A stretch of 64,000 nt of DNA from an uncultured Thermoleophilia bacterium (GTDB lineage: Bacteria; Actinomycetota; Thermoleophilia; UBA2241). Below are positions 11,951-20,313 of this stretch, one piece after another. Under the pieces are notes generated by a model. It was given only the letters and a program-made list of their open reading frames with translations. It was not told where the DNA came from and did no database searches. The stretch spans positions 1 to 64,000 of the forward strand of contig CAVPCT010000008.1 in NCBI GenBank assembly GCA_963702475.1, written 5' to 3'. The stretch's first letter is position 1. Each line of letters starts with the position of its first letter. The position numbers and the translations under genes were made by a program.

Positions 11951-12826
11951 TCATGCCGTCACCTTCGTGCCGCAGCCGGCGTCGGTGAGGATCTCGAGCA
12001 GCACGGCGTGCTCCACGCGCCCGTCGATGACGTGCGCGCTGTGCACGCCGGACTCGATCGCGCGGCGCACAGCCCCGACCTTGGGCAGCATGCCGCCGCT
12101 GATGCGCCCGGACGCCTGCAGGGCGCCGAGGTAGGCGAGGTCGCACTCGGAGATGGGCGTCATCTCTCCGCCCTGGTCCTCGTAGATGCCGTCCACGTCG
12201 GTGAGGAAGATGATCTTCTCCGCGTCCAGCGCGGCCGCCAGCTCGCCGGCCACGGTGTCGGCATTGATGTTGTACGAGTGACCGTGCTCGTCGATGCCCA
12301 CCGTGGCCACCACGGGGATGTTGGCCTCCGAGAGCAGCTCGAGCACGCCGACGTCCACGCTCGCGATGTCGCCGACGAAGCCCAGGTCCACTTCGTTGCC
12401 GGCCTTGTCGTGCAGCACCTTGGGCACGCAGGTGAGCATGCGGCCGTCCTCGCCGGAGATGCCGACGGCGCTGCCGCCGTGACGGGCTATCAGGCTCACG
12501 ATCTCCTTGTTCACCTTGCCGACGAGCACCATCTTGGCGACCTCCATGGTCGCCTCGTCGGTGACGCGCAGGCCGTCGATGAATTTGGCCTCCATGCCCA
12601 GCCTGGCCATGTGCTTGCTGATCTCGGGGCCGCCGCCGTGCACGACGACCGGCTTCATCCCCACGAGGCGCAGCAGCACGATGTCCTCGGCGAACTGCTC
12701 GCGCAGGCGAGGACTGGTCATGGCGGCCCCGCCGTACTTGATGACGACCGTGGTCCCCCAGAAGCGGCGGATGTACGGCATGGCCTCCAGCAGGGTCTGG
12801 ACGGCCTTCTGATGACGAACGGTCAT
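11951..12826 (-). CDS. argB: Acetylglutamate kinase
   Basis: VVIKYGGAAM, VVHGGGPEI, GLRVTD, NINADT, GGMLPKV. Confidence 0.97.
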   Translation of the reverse strand: MTVRHQKAVQTLLEAMPYIRRFWGTTVVIKYGGAAMTSPRLREQFAEDIVLLRLVGMKPVVVHGGGPEISKHMARLGMEAKFIDGLRVTDEATMEVAKMVLVGKVNKEIVSLIARHGGSAVGISGEDGRMLTCVPKVLHDKAGNEVDLGFVGDIASVDVGVLELLSEANIPVVATVGIDEHGHSYNINADTVAGELAAALDAEKIIFLTDVDGIYEDQGGEMTPISECDLAYLGALQASGRISGGMLPKVGAVRRAIESGVHSAHVIDGRVEHAVLLEILTDAGCGTKVTA

Positions 12827-14070
12827 GTCGAGTACTCCGCGTTGAGGGTGACGTAGTCGTGGGTGAGGTCGCTGAAGTAGATGACGGCCTCCTCCCCGGG
12901 ACCGTTGAGGGCGACGTTCAAGGCGATCTCGGGCTGGTGCATGACGGCGGCGAGACGCTCCTGCGCGGCCTCGTCCAGCACCGCGGGGTGGCCGCCCTCG
13001 ACGATGACGACCTCCTCGTAGGCGATGTGGGCGGGCAGCGCGGTGTGGCCGTGCCGGCCCAGGGCCTGGCCGATGGCCTGCATGATGCGGCCCCAGTTGG
13101 GGTCCCTGCCGTAGAAAGCCGTCTTGACCAGGGGCGAGTTGGCCACTGCCCGGGCCACCGCCTCGGCCTGCTCGTGAGACCTCGCGCCGGTGACAATGAG
13201 CTTCATGGTACGGGTGGAGCCCTCGCCGTCGGCGACGATCGAGACGGCGAGGCGGAGCAGGGCGGCGTCGAGGGCTACGCCCAGCACAGCCAGGCTCGCC
13301 TCGCCGGGTTTCACGCCGGAGGCGCCGTTGCAGAGACCGATGACGGTGTCGTTGGTCGACTCCTGCCCGTCCACCGTGATGCGATTGAAGGAGGCCTTGA
13401 CGGCGCCGTGCAGCAGCTCGGTCCAGTCGTCGACGCTCACGTCCGCGTCGCAGGTGACGAAGCAGAGCATGGTCGCCATGTTGGGGCTGATCATGCCGCA
13501 ACCCTTGGCGGCGAAGCCCAGGTGGACCTGCCCCTCGGGCAGGTCGAGGTCGAGGGCGCCGGACTTGGCGTGCTTGTCGGTGGTACGGATGGCGGTGGCG
13601 AAGTCGTGCGATGCTTCGGCGGACAGCTTGCGCGCCGCCTTGTCGATGCCCCCCTCGATCTTCGTCATGGGCAGCGGCACGCCGATGATCCCGGTCGAGC
13701 ACACGGCCACGGCCTCGACAGGCAGTCGCAGGTGGTTCGCCGTGAGCAGGCGCATGCGCGCGGCGTCGGCGAGGCCCTGCTTGCCGGTGACCGCGTTGGC
13801 GTTGCCGGCGTTGACCACCACGGCCCGCAGGTGGGCGCAGTCGCCGGTCTCCCGCGTGAGACGGACCGGCGCGGCGGCGGCGGCGTTGCCCGTGAACGTC
13901 GCCGCCGAGACCGCCGGCTTCTCGGACAGCAGGATGCCGAGGTCGAGCTTGCCCTTCTTCTTGACGCCGCTGGCCACGCCGGCGGCAACGAATCCCTTGG
14001 GGTGCGTCACGCCGGCGGCGACCTCGTGTGCTTGGGCCGGGAGCGTGGCGAAGCGGGTCTTGGGCAGCAT
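12823..14070 (-). CDS. argJ: Bifunctional ornithine acetyltransferase / N-acetylglutamate synthase
   Basis: NAGNANA, CSTGIIG, AKGCGMISPNMATML, DGQESTND, DGEG, DPNWGRI. Confidence 0.97.
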   Translation of the reverse strand: MLPKTRFATLPAQAHEVAAGVTHPKGFVAAGVASGVKKKGKLDLGILLSEKPAVSAATFTGNAAAAAPVRLTRETGDCAHLRAVVVNAGNANAVTGKQGLADAARMRLLTANHLRLPVEAVAVCSTGIIGVPLPMTKIEGGIDKAARKLSAEASHDFATAIRTTDKHAKSGALDLDLPEGQVHLGFAAKGCGMISPNMATMLCFVTCDADVSVDDWTELLHGAVKASFNRITVDGQESTNDTVIGLCNGASGVKPGEASLAVLGVALDAALLRLAVSIVADGEGSTRTMKLIVTGARSHEQAEAVARAVANSPLVKTAFYGRDPNWGRIMQAIGQALGRHGHTALPAHIAYEEVVIVEGGHPAVLDEAAQERLAAVMHQPEIALNVALNGPGEEAVIYFSDLTHDYVTLNAEYST

Positions 14071-14071
14071 G

Positions 14072-15148
14072 TCACACCAGCCCTTCGTGCTCGGGCAGGC
14101 CGAGCATGACGTTCATGTTCTGCACGGCCTGTCCGGAAGCGCCCTTCATGAGGTTGTCGATGACGCTGATGACCACCAGGCGCCCGGCCCGTTCGTCCAC
14201 GTGCCAGAAGATGCGGCAGTAGTTGGTGCCGGCCACGTCCTTGAGCTGCGGCACCGTGCGGCTGAGCTCGACGAACCGCTCGCCGGCGTAGAAGTCCTCG
14301 TAGAGCGCGCCGAGCTCCGCGCGGGTCGGCAGCGGTACCGTGGCCGGCTTCACGTAGATGGTCTCGGTGATGCCGCGCTGCAACGGCACGAGATGCGGGA
14401 TGAACGTGAGCGACGGGCCGGAGGCTCCGGCGGCGGCGCCGAAGGCGCTGGCACCGGAGCCGTTCGAGGCCAGCCCGGCGGCGATCTCCGGGTAGTGCCG
14501 GTGCGATTCGACGCCGTACGCGACGAGGTCCTCGTCCACCGAACAGTAGTGCGTGGTCGCCTTGGGCGTCTTGCCCGCGCCGCTCACCCCGGACTTGGCG
14601 TCGATGATCACATCCAGCAGGCCGAGCTGCTTGAGCGGCGTGAGCGCCAGCAGAGCCGCCGTCGGATAGCACCCGGGGTTCGCGACGAGCTTCGCCGCGG
14701 CGACTTCGTCCCGGTGCAGCTCGGTGAGGCCGTACACGCCCGGCAGCAGGTCGGGGTGCGGGTGCTCGCCGTACCACTCCTTGTACGTCGTATGGTCCAG
14801 GCGGAAGTCCGCGCTCAGGTCGATCACCCGTGCGCCCTGGTCGAGCAGCCGCCTGGCGACCCTTGCGGCCTCGCCGTGCGGCGTGCACACGAAGGCGACG
14901 TCCACACCGTCGATCTCGGCCTCCCTGCAGAACGAGAGGCCGGTGCGGATGCGCGGCAGGTGTTTGGCGACGGGCTCACCGGCCAGCGTCTCCGAACTGA
15001 CGTGGGTGAGCGTGACGGACGGGTGGCGCAGGAGCAGCTCGGCCAGCAGGGCGCCGGTGTAGCCGCTGCCGCCGATGATGCCGGCGGTCGCGGCACGGCC
15101 GGCGCCGGGCGCGGCGGCGGTCGTGGTCTGGACGCAGGGTTGTGTCAT
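14072..15148 (-). CDS. argC: N-acetyl-gamma-glutamyl-phosphate reductase
   Basis: GGSGYTG, DLSADFR, ANPGCYPT, SGVSGAG, DNLMKGASGQAVQNMN. Confidence 0.97.
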   Translation of the reverse strand: MTQPCVQTTTAAAPGAGRAATAGIIGGSGYTGALLAELLLRHPSVTLTHVSSETLAGEPVAKHLPRIRTGLSFCREAEIDGVDVAFVCTPHGEAARVARRLLDQGARVIDLSADFRLDHTTYKEWYGEHPHPDLLPGVYGLTELHRDEVAAAKLVANPGCYPTAALLALTPLKQLGLLDVIIDAKSGVSGAGKTPKATTHYCSVDEDLVAYGVESHRHYPEIAAGLASNGSGASAFGAAAGASGPSLTFIPHLVPLQRGITETIYVKPATVPLPTRAELGALYEDFYAGERFVELSRTVPQLKDVAGTNYCRIFWHVDERAGRLVVISVIDNLMKGASGQAVQNMNVMLGLPEHEGLV

Positions 15149-15368
15149 AAGGCACTCCGGGACACGTCGATGGACGCAGGGACGGGGCGAGCGCTCGCCG
15201 GCGGCGGGAGTACGGGAGGTCCGGTGCGGCTTACCGCGGTCCGGGACCCCCGCCGGCCGGCGCGCATCGTGCACGTCGGGCGCGGGGGACGTCGCGGCGC
15301 GGCGTTGCGGGCCCCGCGGGGGTCCGCCGACTCGGAGGAGGTGTCTGTGCGCCGCCCATGTGCCGGGC

Positions 15369-15427
15369 ACTATACAGGCGCTGAGCCGAAGATGCAATCT
15401 GACACTCAAATATGTGCAAGTTATGCA
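15369..15427 (-). promoter_or_regulatory. arg operon promoter with adjacent candidate ARG box
   Basis: TTGCAT(15397-15392)-17 nt-TATAGT(15374-15369); TGCAT-AAC-TTGCA palindrome at 15415-15427. Confidence 0.65.
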
Positions 15428-15478
15428 TCCTGGCCTCCGGCCTCGATCGCCGCGGACACGGATCACATAAGAGGACGC

Positions 15479-15739
15479 TCAGCGCGTCAGGCACCGGAAG
15501 GCCCGGAGCGGGCCGGCCACGGCGATGGCCAGGAGCGAGTGCCCGATGGCGGTCCAGTCGAAGCCCTCGACCATGAGACCGCGGATCGCCACGATCACGG
15601 AGGTGATGGGTTCAAGCCGTTCACATCCTGCATCCGGCCGGGCATAAGCCCCCGCGGCACGAAGGCGGTCGAGATGAGCAACAGCGGGAAGATGAGCAAC
15701 CGGAGCGCGCTCGTGGCCTGCTCGCTCCTGGTCGACCAT
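15479..15739 (-). pseudogene. Remnant of an ABC-2 type permease (C-terminal part)
   Basis: Two frames give ...LLIFPLLLISTAFVP.GLMP... and ...PITSVIVAIRGLMVEGFDW...; no N-terminus or ATPase gene. Confidence 0.6.
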
Positions 15740-15894
15740 GCTCCTGCCGCCGCCGCGGCTGACGCGGCGGCGTCTGACGGCGGTCGCCGTGCGCCCGCCG
15801 TCTACCGTTTCTGCTTCGAATACGCGAAGATGCCCTTCGCCACCGTCGCTGGTCGGCGCCCGCTCACGTGAACTCGCGAAGGAGATGCTCCCCT

Positions 15895-17235
15895 GTGAAC
15901 GCGATGGACCAGTACAACGCCAAGAAGAGGACCGCGGAGGAAGCCGTCCAGGTGGTCCGTTCCGGGGATTGGGTGGAGTACACCTTCGGCCACGGCATCC
16001 CGCAGGCGCTCGACCGGGCGCTCGCCGCGCGCAAGAGCGAGCTTCGCGACGTCAAGATCCGCTGGATGCTGGCATTGCGCCCGCTCGCCGTGGTGACGGC
16101 TGACCCTGAGAACGAGGCGTTCACGTTCATGTGCTGGCATTTCAGCGGCCTGGACCGGCGCCTGTGCGATCAGGGACTCGTCCACTACATCCCGCTGCTC
16201 TACCGCAACAAGCCGCGGCACTACCGCCAGTCACTGGACGTCGACGTGTGCATGCTGGCCACGCCGCCCATGGACAGGCACGGCTACTTCAACTTCTCGC
16301 TGTACAACTCGTCCACGCGCGCCATGGTGGAGATGGCCGAGACGGTCATCGTGGAGGTGAACGAGAGGCTCCCGGTCTGCCTGGGCGGCCGGGAGGAGTG
16401 CGTGCACATCTCCGAGGTGGACTTCGTGATCGAAGGCGAGAGCCCGGACCTGGTGGAGCTGCCCCGGCTGACGCCCACCGAGGTGGACAAGACCATAGCC
16501 CGCCTCATCGTCGAGCAGATGCGGGACGGCTCCACGATCCAGTTCGGCATCGGGGGCATGCCCGACACCATCGGCCGCATGCTCTGCGACGCGGACCTCG
16601 AGGACCTGGGCATGCACACCGAGATGCTGGTGGATGCCTACCTGGACCTCCACGAGGCGGGCAAGCTCACGAACCGCTGCAAGAACATCGACCGGGGCAA
16701 GGGGGTGTACGCGTTCTCGGTGGGAGGCAACCGACTCTACGAGTGGGCAGACCGCAACCCCGGCCTGGCCTCGTACCCGGTCGATTACACCAACGACCCG
16801 GCCGTGATCGCCGCCAACGACAACGTGGTGGCCATCAACAACTGCGTGGAGGTCGACCTGTTCGGCCAGATCAACTCCGAGTCGTCGGGCCTGCGCCAGA
16901 TCAGCGGTACGGGCGGCCAGCTCGACTTCACCACCGGCGCATACATGTCGCGAGGGGGCAAGGCCTTCGTGTGCATGTCGTCCACCTACACCGACAAGAA
17001 GACCGGCGAGATGCACTCCAGGGTCGTGCCCACGCTCGACGAGGGCAGCATCGTCACCGGCCCGCGCTCGCAGTCGCCGTACATCGTCACCGAATACGGG
17101 ATCGCCAACCTGCACGGACGGTCCACCTGGGAGCGGGCCGAGCGCGTGATCGGGATCGCCCACCCGCGGTTCCGCGACGAACTCGTACACGAAGCCCAGA
17201 GGATGGGCGTCTGGCGGCGGAGCAACAGGCTGTAG
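15895..17235 (+). CDS. Butyryl-CoA:acetate CoA-transferase-like protein (acetyl-CoA hydrolase/transferase family)
   Basis: SGDWVEY, QFGIGGMP, GMHTEM, QISGTGGQLDF, VTEYG, IAHPRFRDEL, WRRSNR; resembles Firmicutes But. Confidence 0.9.
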   Translation: MNAMDQYNAKKRTAEEAVQVVRSGDWVEYTFGHGIPQALDRALAARKSELRDVKIRWMLALRPLAVVTADPENEAFTFMCWHFSGLDRRLCDQGLVHYIPLLYRNKPRHYRQSLDVDVCMLATPPMDRHGYFNFSLYNSSTRAMVEMAETVIVEVNERLPVCLGGREECVHISEVDFVIEGESPDLVELPRLTPTEVDKTIARLIVEQMRDGSTIQFGIGGMPDTIGRMLCDADLEDLGMHTEMLVDAYLDLHEAGKLTNRCKNIDRGKGVYAFSVGGNRLYEWADRNPGLASYPVDYTNDPAVIAANDNVVAINNCVEVDLFGQINSESSGLRQISGTGGQLDFTTGAYMSRGGKAFVCMSSTYTDKKTGEMHSRVVPTLDEGSIVTGPRSQSPYIVTEYGIANLHGRSTWERAERVIGIAHPRFRDELVHEAQRMGVWRRSNRL

Positions 17236-17267
17236 CCGGCCGTCAGCCCTCAAGCCACCCCCCCCCA

Positions 17268-17819
17268 ATGACCGAGATACGTTGGCACGGGCGGGGCGGA
17301 CAGGGAGCCATCACCGCCTCGAAGATCGTCGCTACGGCGGCGTTCAAGAACGGGTACACCGGCGCGGTGATGGTCCCGACCTTCGGCACAGAACGCCGCG
17401 GAGCGCCCATCTTCTCGTCCCTGAAGATCGACCGGGACAAGATCCGCGACCTCTCGCCCATCGAGACGCCCGACATCGTCGTGGTGCTGGACCACCTGCT
17501 GCTGGACGAGGTCGACGTGGCCAAAGGCCTCAAGGAGGGCGGACTCATCGTCCTCAACACCCCCAAACCGGTCACCGCCTACGACTTCGGGGGAGCGCGC
17601 CTGGCCGTGGCCGACGTCAGCGCCCTCTCGGTGCAGGCGGGGCTGCCCCCGGGCAGGGTGAACTCCGGCATCATCGGCGTGCTGTGCCGGGCCTTCGACA
17701 TCGTGCCGTTCGACGCGGTGCTCGAGGAGATCGAGGCCGAGTTCGACGGCAAGAAACCCAAGGCGAACGCCGACGCGGCGCGCCTCGCCTATGAGAACAC
17801 GACGGCAGGGGTGGCATGA
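17268..17819 (+). CDS. porC: 2-oxoacid:ferredoxin oxidoreductase gamma subunit
   Basis: EIRWHGRGGQG, PTFGTERRGAP. Confidence 0.93.
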   Translation: MTEIRWHGRGGQGAITASKIVATAAFKNGYTGAVMVPTFGTERRGAPIFSSLKIDRDKIRDLSPIETPDIVVVLDHLLLDEVDVAKGLKEGGLIVLNTPKPVTAYDFGGARLAVADVSALSVQAGLPPGRVNSGIIGVLCRAFDIVPFDAVLEEIEAEFDGKKPKANADAARLAYENTTAGVA

Positions 17820-18127
17820 TGGGCACTCGAGGGTATCGCTACAAGACGTCACACAGCCTGCCGGGGCCGGGCGACGGCGGCAACACCGGATCGTGGCGCG
17901 TCCAGCGCCCGGTCATCGACCTGACGCGCTGCACGCCGGCCAAGCGGGGTACCGAGGTCTGCTTCGCGTGCTGGCTCTACTGCCCCGACTGCGTGGTCTC
18001 GCGCACCATCCCACCGGAGATCGACCTCGAGTACTGCAAGGGCTGCGGCATCTGCGCCGAGGAGTGCCCCACCGAGGCCATCGCGATGGTGGATGAGTCG
18101 GTCTACCACGAACACGGGGAGGGCTGA
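17816..18127 (+). CDS. porD: 2-oxoacid:ferredoxin oxidoreductase delta subunit (2x4Fe-4S)
   Basis: TGSWRVQRPVID, CFACWLYCPD, YCKGCGICAEECP. Confidence 0.93.
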   Translation: MMGTRGYRYKTSHSLPGPGDGGNTGSWRVQRPVIDLTRCTPAKRGTEVCFACWLYCPDCVVSRTIPPEIDLEYCKGCGICAEECPTEAIAMVDESVYHEHGEG

Positions 18128-18131
18128 GGCC

Positions 18132-19328
18132 GTGCACATCATCGAGACCGGCAACGTAGCGGCCGCGCTGGGCGTCAAGCTGGCCGGCGTCCAGGTGGTG
18201 GCCGCCTACCCCATCACCCCGCAGACGCCACTCACCGAGAAGCTCTCCGAGCTGATCGAGGCGGGCGAGATGGACGCTCGGTACGTCCCCGTGGAGAGCG
18301 AACACTCGGCGTTGGCCGTGTGCATCGCCGCAAGCTCGGCCGGCGCGCGGGCGTTCACCGCCACCAGCGCCAACGGCCTGCTCTACATGCACGAGCAGGT
18401 GCACTGGGCCGCGGGCGCCCGGCTGCCCATCGTCATGTGCGTGGCCAACCGCGCGGTGGGCGCGCCCTGGAACATCTGGAACGACCACCAGGACTCCATC
18501 TCGCAGCGGGACACCGGCTGGATCCAGATCTACTCCTGCGACCACCAGCAGATCATCGACGACACGTTGAAGGCGTTCCGTGTGGCGGAGACCACCAGTA
18601 TCCCTGTGATGGTGTGCTACGACGGGTACCTCCTGTCGCACACCTACATGCCCTTCGCCGTCCCGGCGCAGGAGAAGGTGGCGGACTTCCTGCCGCCGTT
18701 CCACCCGTCCTATGCGCTGGATCCGAGTTCTCCGGCCAATCTCAACACCGTCACGCTCCCCGAGATCCGCATGGATGTCCACGGCGAGATGGCCCACGGC
18801 TACATGGAGATCCGCTACCTCCTGCAGGAGGACCTGCGGAAGGCCGTGCAGGTGGTCGAGGAGACCGACGCCGCCTACCAGGAGATCTTCGGGCGCGGGG
18901 GAGCGCCTCTCGTCGAGCCGTACCGCTGCGACGACGCCGAGTACGTCGTCGTGGGGATGGGGTCGCTCACCTACCAGCTGCGGGATGTGGTCGACACGCT
19001 GCGCACCGAAGGGCACAGCATCGGCGTGCTCGGCGTACGGCTCTACCGGCCGTTCCCGGACGCCGCCGTCGCGGCCGCGCTGCAGGGGGGGCGCGGCGTG
19101 TTCGTGATGGAGAAGGCGCTGTCGTACGGCTACGAAGGCGCCCTGTGCTCGGACCTCAAGTCGGCTCTGTACGACCACGTCCCCGACAAGAGCCGGGCGC
19201 CGTTCGTCAAAGGCCTCGTCGCCGGCATCGGCGGCCGGGAGATCAGGACTGCCGACCTCACCGACGCCCTCCGCTCCGGCCTCGCCGGCAGCATCCCGGA
19301 ACCCAACTGGATCGCGATCCAGCTCTAG
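18132..19328 (+). CDS. porA: 2-oxoacid:ferredoxin oxidoreductase alpha subunit
   Basis: AYPITPQT, VESEHSA, FTATSANGL, DHQD, YRPFP. Confidence 0.94.
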   Translation: MHIIETGNVAAALGVKLAGVQVVAAYPITPQTPLTEKLSELIEAGEMDARYVPVESEHSALAVCIAASSAGARAFTATSANGLLYMHEQVHWAAGARLPIVMCVANRAVGAPWNIWNDHQDSISQRDTGWIQIYSCDHQQIIDDTLKAFRVAETTSIPVMVCYDGYLLSHTYMPFAVPAQEKVADFLPPFHPSYALDPSSPANLNTVTLPEIRMDVHGEMAHGYMEIRYLLQEDLRKAVQVVEETDAAYQEIFGRGGAPLVEPYRCDDAEYVVVGMGSLTYQLRDVVDTLRTEGHSIGVLGVRLYRPFPDAAVAAALQGGRGVFVMEKALSYGYEGALCSDLKSALYDHVPDKSRAPFVKGLVAGIGGREIRTADLTDALRSGLAGSIPEPNWIAIQL

Positions 19329-19336
19329 GAGCACGC

Positions 19337-20247
19337 ATGACCGCCAGGACCACGATCCTCTCGCTCCCCAGGGAAGAGTACGTCCACCCCGGCAATCGCG
19401 CCTGCACCGGCTGCGGCCTGGGCATCGCGTACCGCATCGGCCTGAAGGCCCTGGGCCCCGACACCATCGTCGTCGTCCCACCCAGCTGCCTCACCGTGCT
19501 GCAGGGCCTCTTCCCTGTGGCCTCCACCAAGCTGCCCAGCCTCAACGTGACCTTCGCCTCCACGGCCGCGGCCGCCACCGGCGTGCTCGAAGCTTGAAGG
19601 CTCAGGGCCGCGAGCACACCAAGGTGGTCGCCTGGGCGGGCGACGGCGGCACGGCCGACATCGGCATCCAGTCGCTCTCGGGAGCCTCCGAGCGCGGCGA
19701 CGACTTCCTCTTCATGTGCTACGACAACGAGGGCTACATGAACACCGGCGTGCAGCGCTCGGGCACCACGCCGCAGGGCGCCATCACCGCCAACACTCCC
19801 TTCAAGGGCAAGCTGCAGCAGAAGAAGGATGTGGCGGCCATCATGACCGCGCACGGCCTCGACTACGTGGCCACGGCTTCGGCTGCCTACCCGCTCGACC
19901 TCTACGACAAGATCAAGAAGGCGATCTCACTCAAGGGGGTCAAGTACATCCACATCCACACGCCCTGCCCGCCCGGCTGGGGTTTCGAGACGCGCTACAC
20001 CGTCAAGATCGGCGAGCTCGCCGTGAAGACCGGCTACTGGGACCTCTACGAGGTGGAACAGGGCGAGTTCAGGCTCACGGGCGCGTCCGCCAAGACTCTC
20101 AAGATCGGGAGCCGCACGCCGGTGCACGAGTACCTGCAGACGCAGTCGCGCTTCCGCATCATGTCGCCCGAGCAGGCCGCCGACGTGCAGGCGCGGGTCG
20201 ATGCCAAGTGGGACACCTACTCAAGTGGCGCGGCCTGCCAGAGATAG
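19337..20247 (+). CDS. porB: 2-oxoacid:ferredoxin oxidoreductase beta subunit (TPP-binding), frameshifted near 19593
   Basis: ACTGCG in the first frame; GDGGTADIG, YDNEGYMNTG, PCPPGW in the second; one missing base restores a single ORF. Confidence 0.9.
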
Positions 20248-20272
20248 GCGGCGGGGGTCCGGTCGGAGCAGC

Positions 20273-20310
20273 CGGGGAGGCGGCGCGGGACGGCCCGCGC
20301 CGCCTCCCCG
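20273..20310. terminator. Hairpin between convergent porB and pheT
   Basis: 17-bp perfect stem cggggaggcggcgcggg / cccgcgccgcctccccg with 4-nt loop. Confidence 0.7.
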
Positions 20311-20313
20311 CGT

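Noticed and set aside
19590-19600. TGA inside porB as selenocysteine or programmed frameshift
   Set aside because: The homology continues in a different frame, no slippery site is evident, and similar indels occur across the window.
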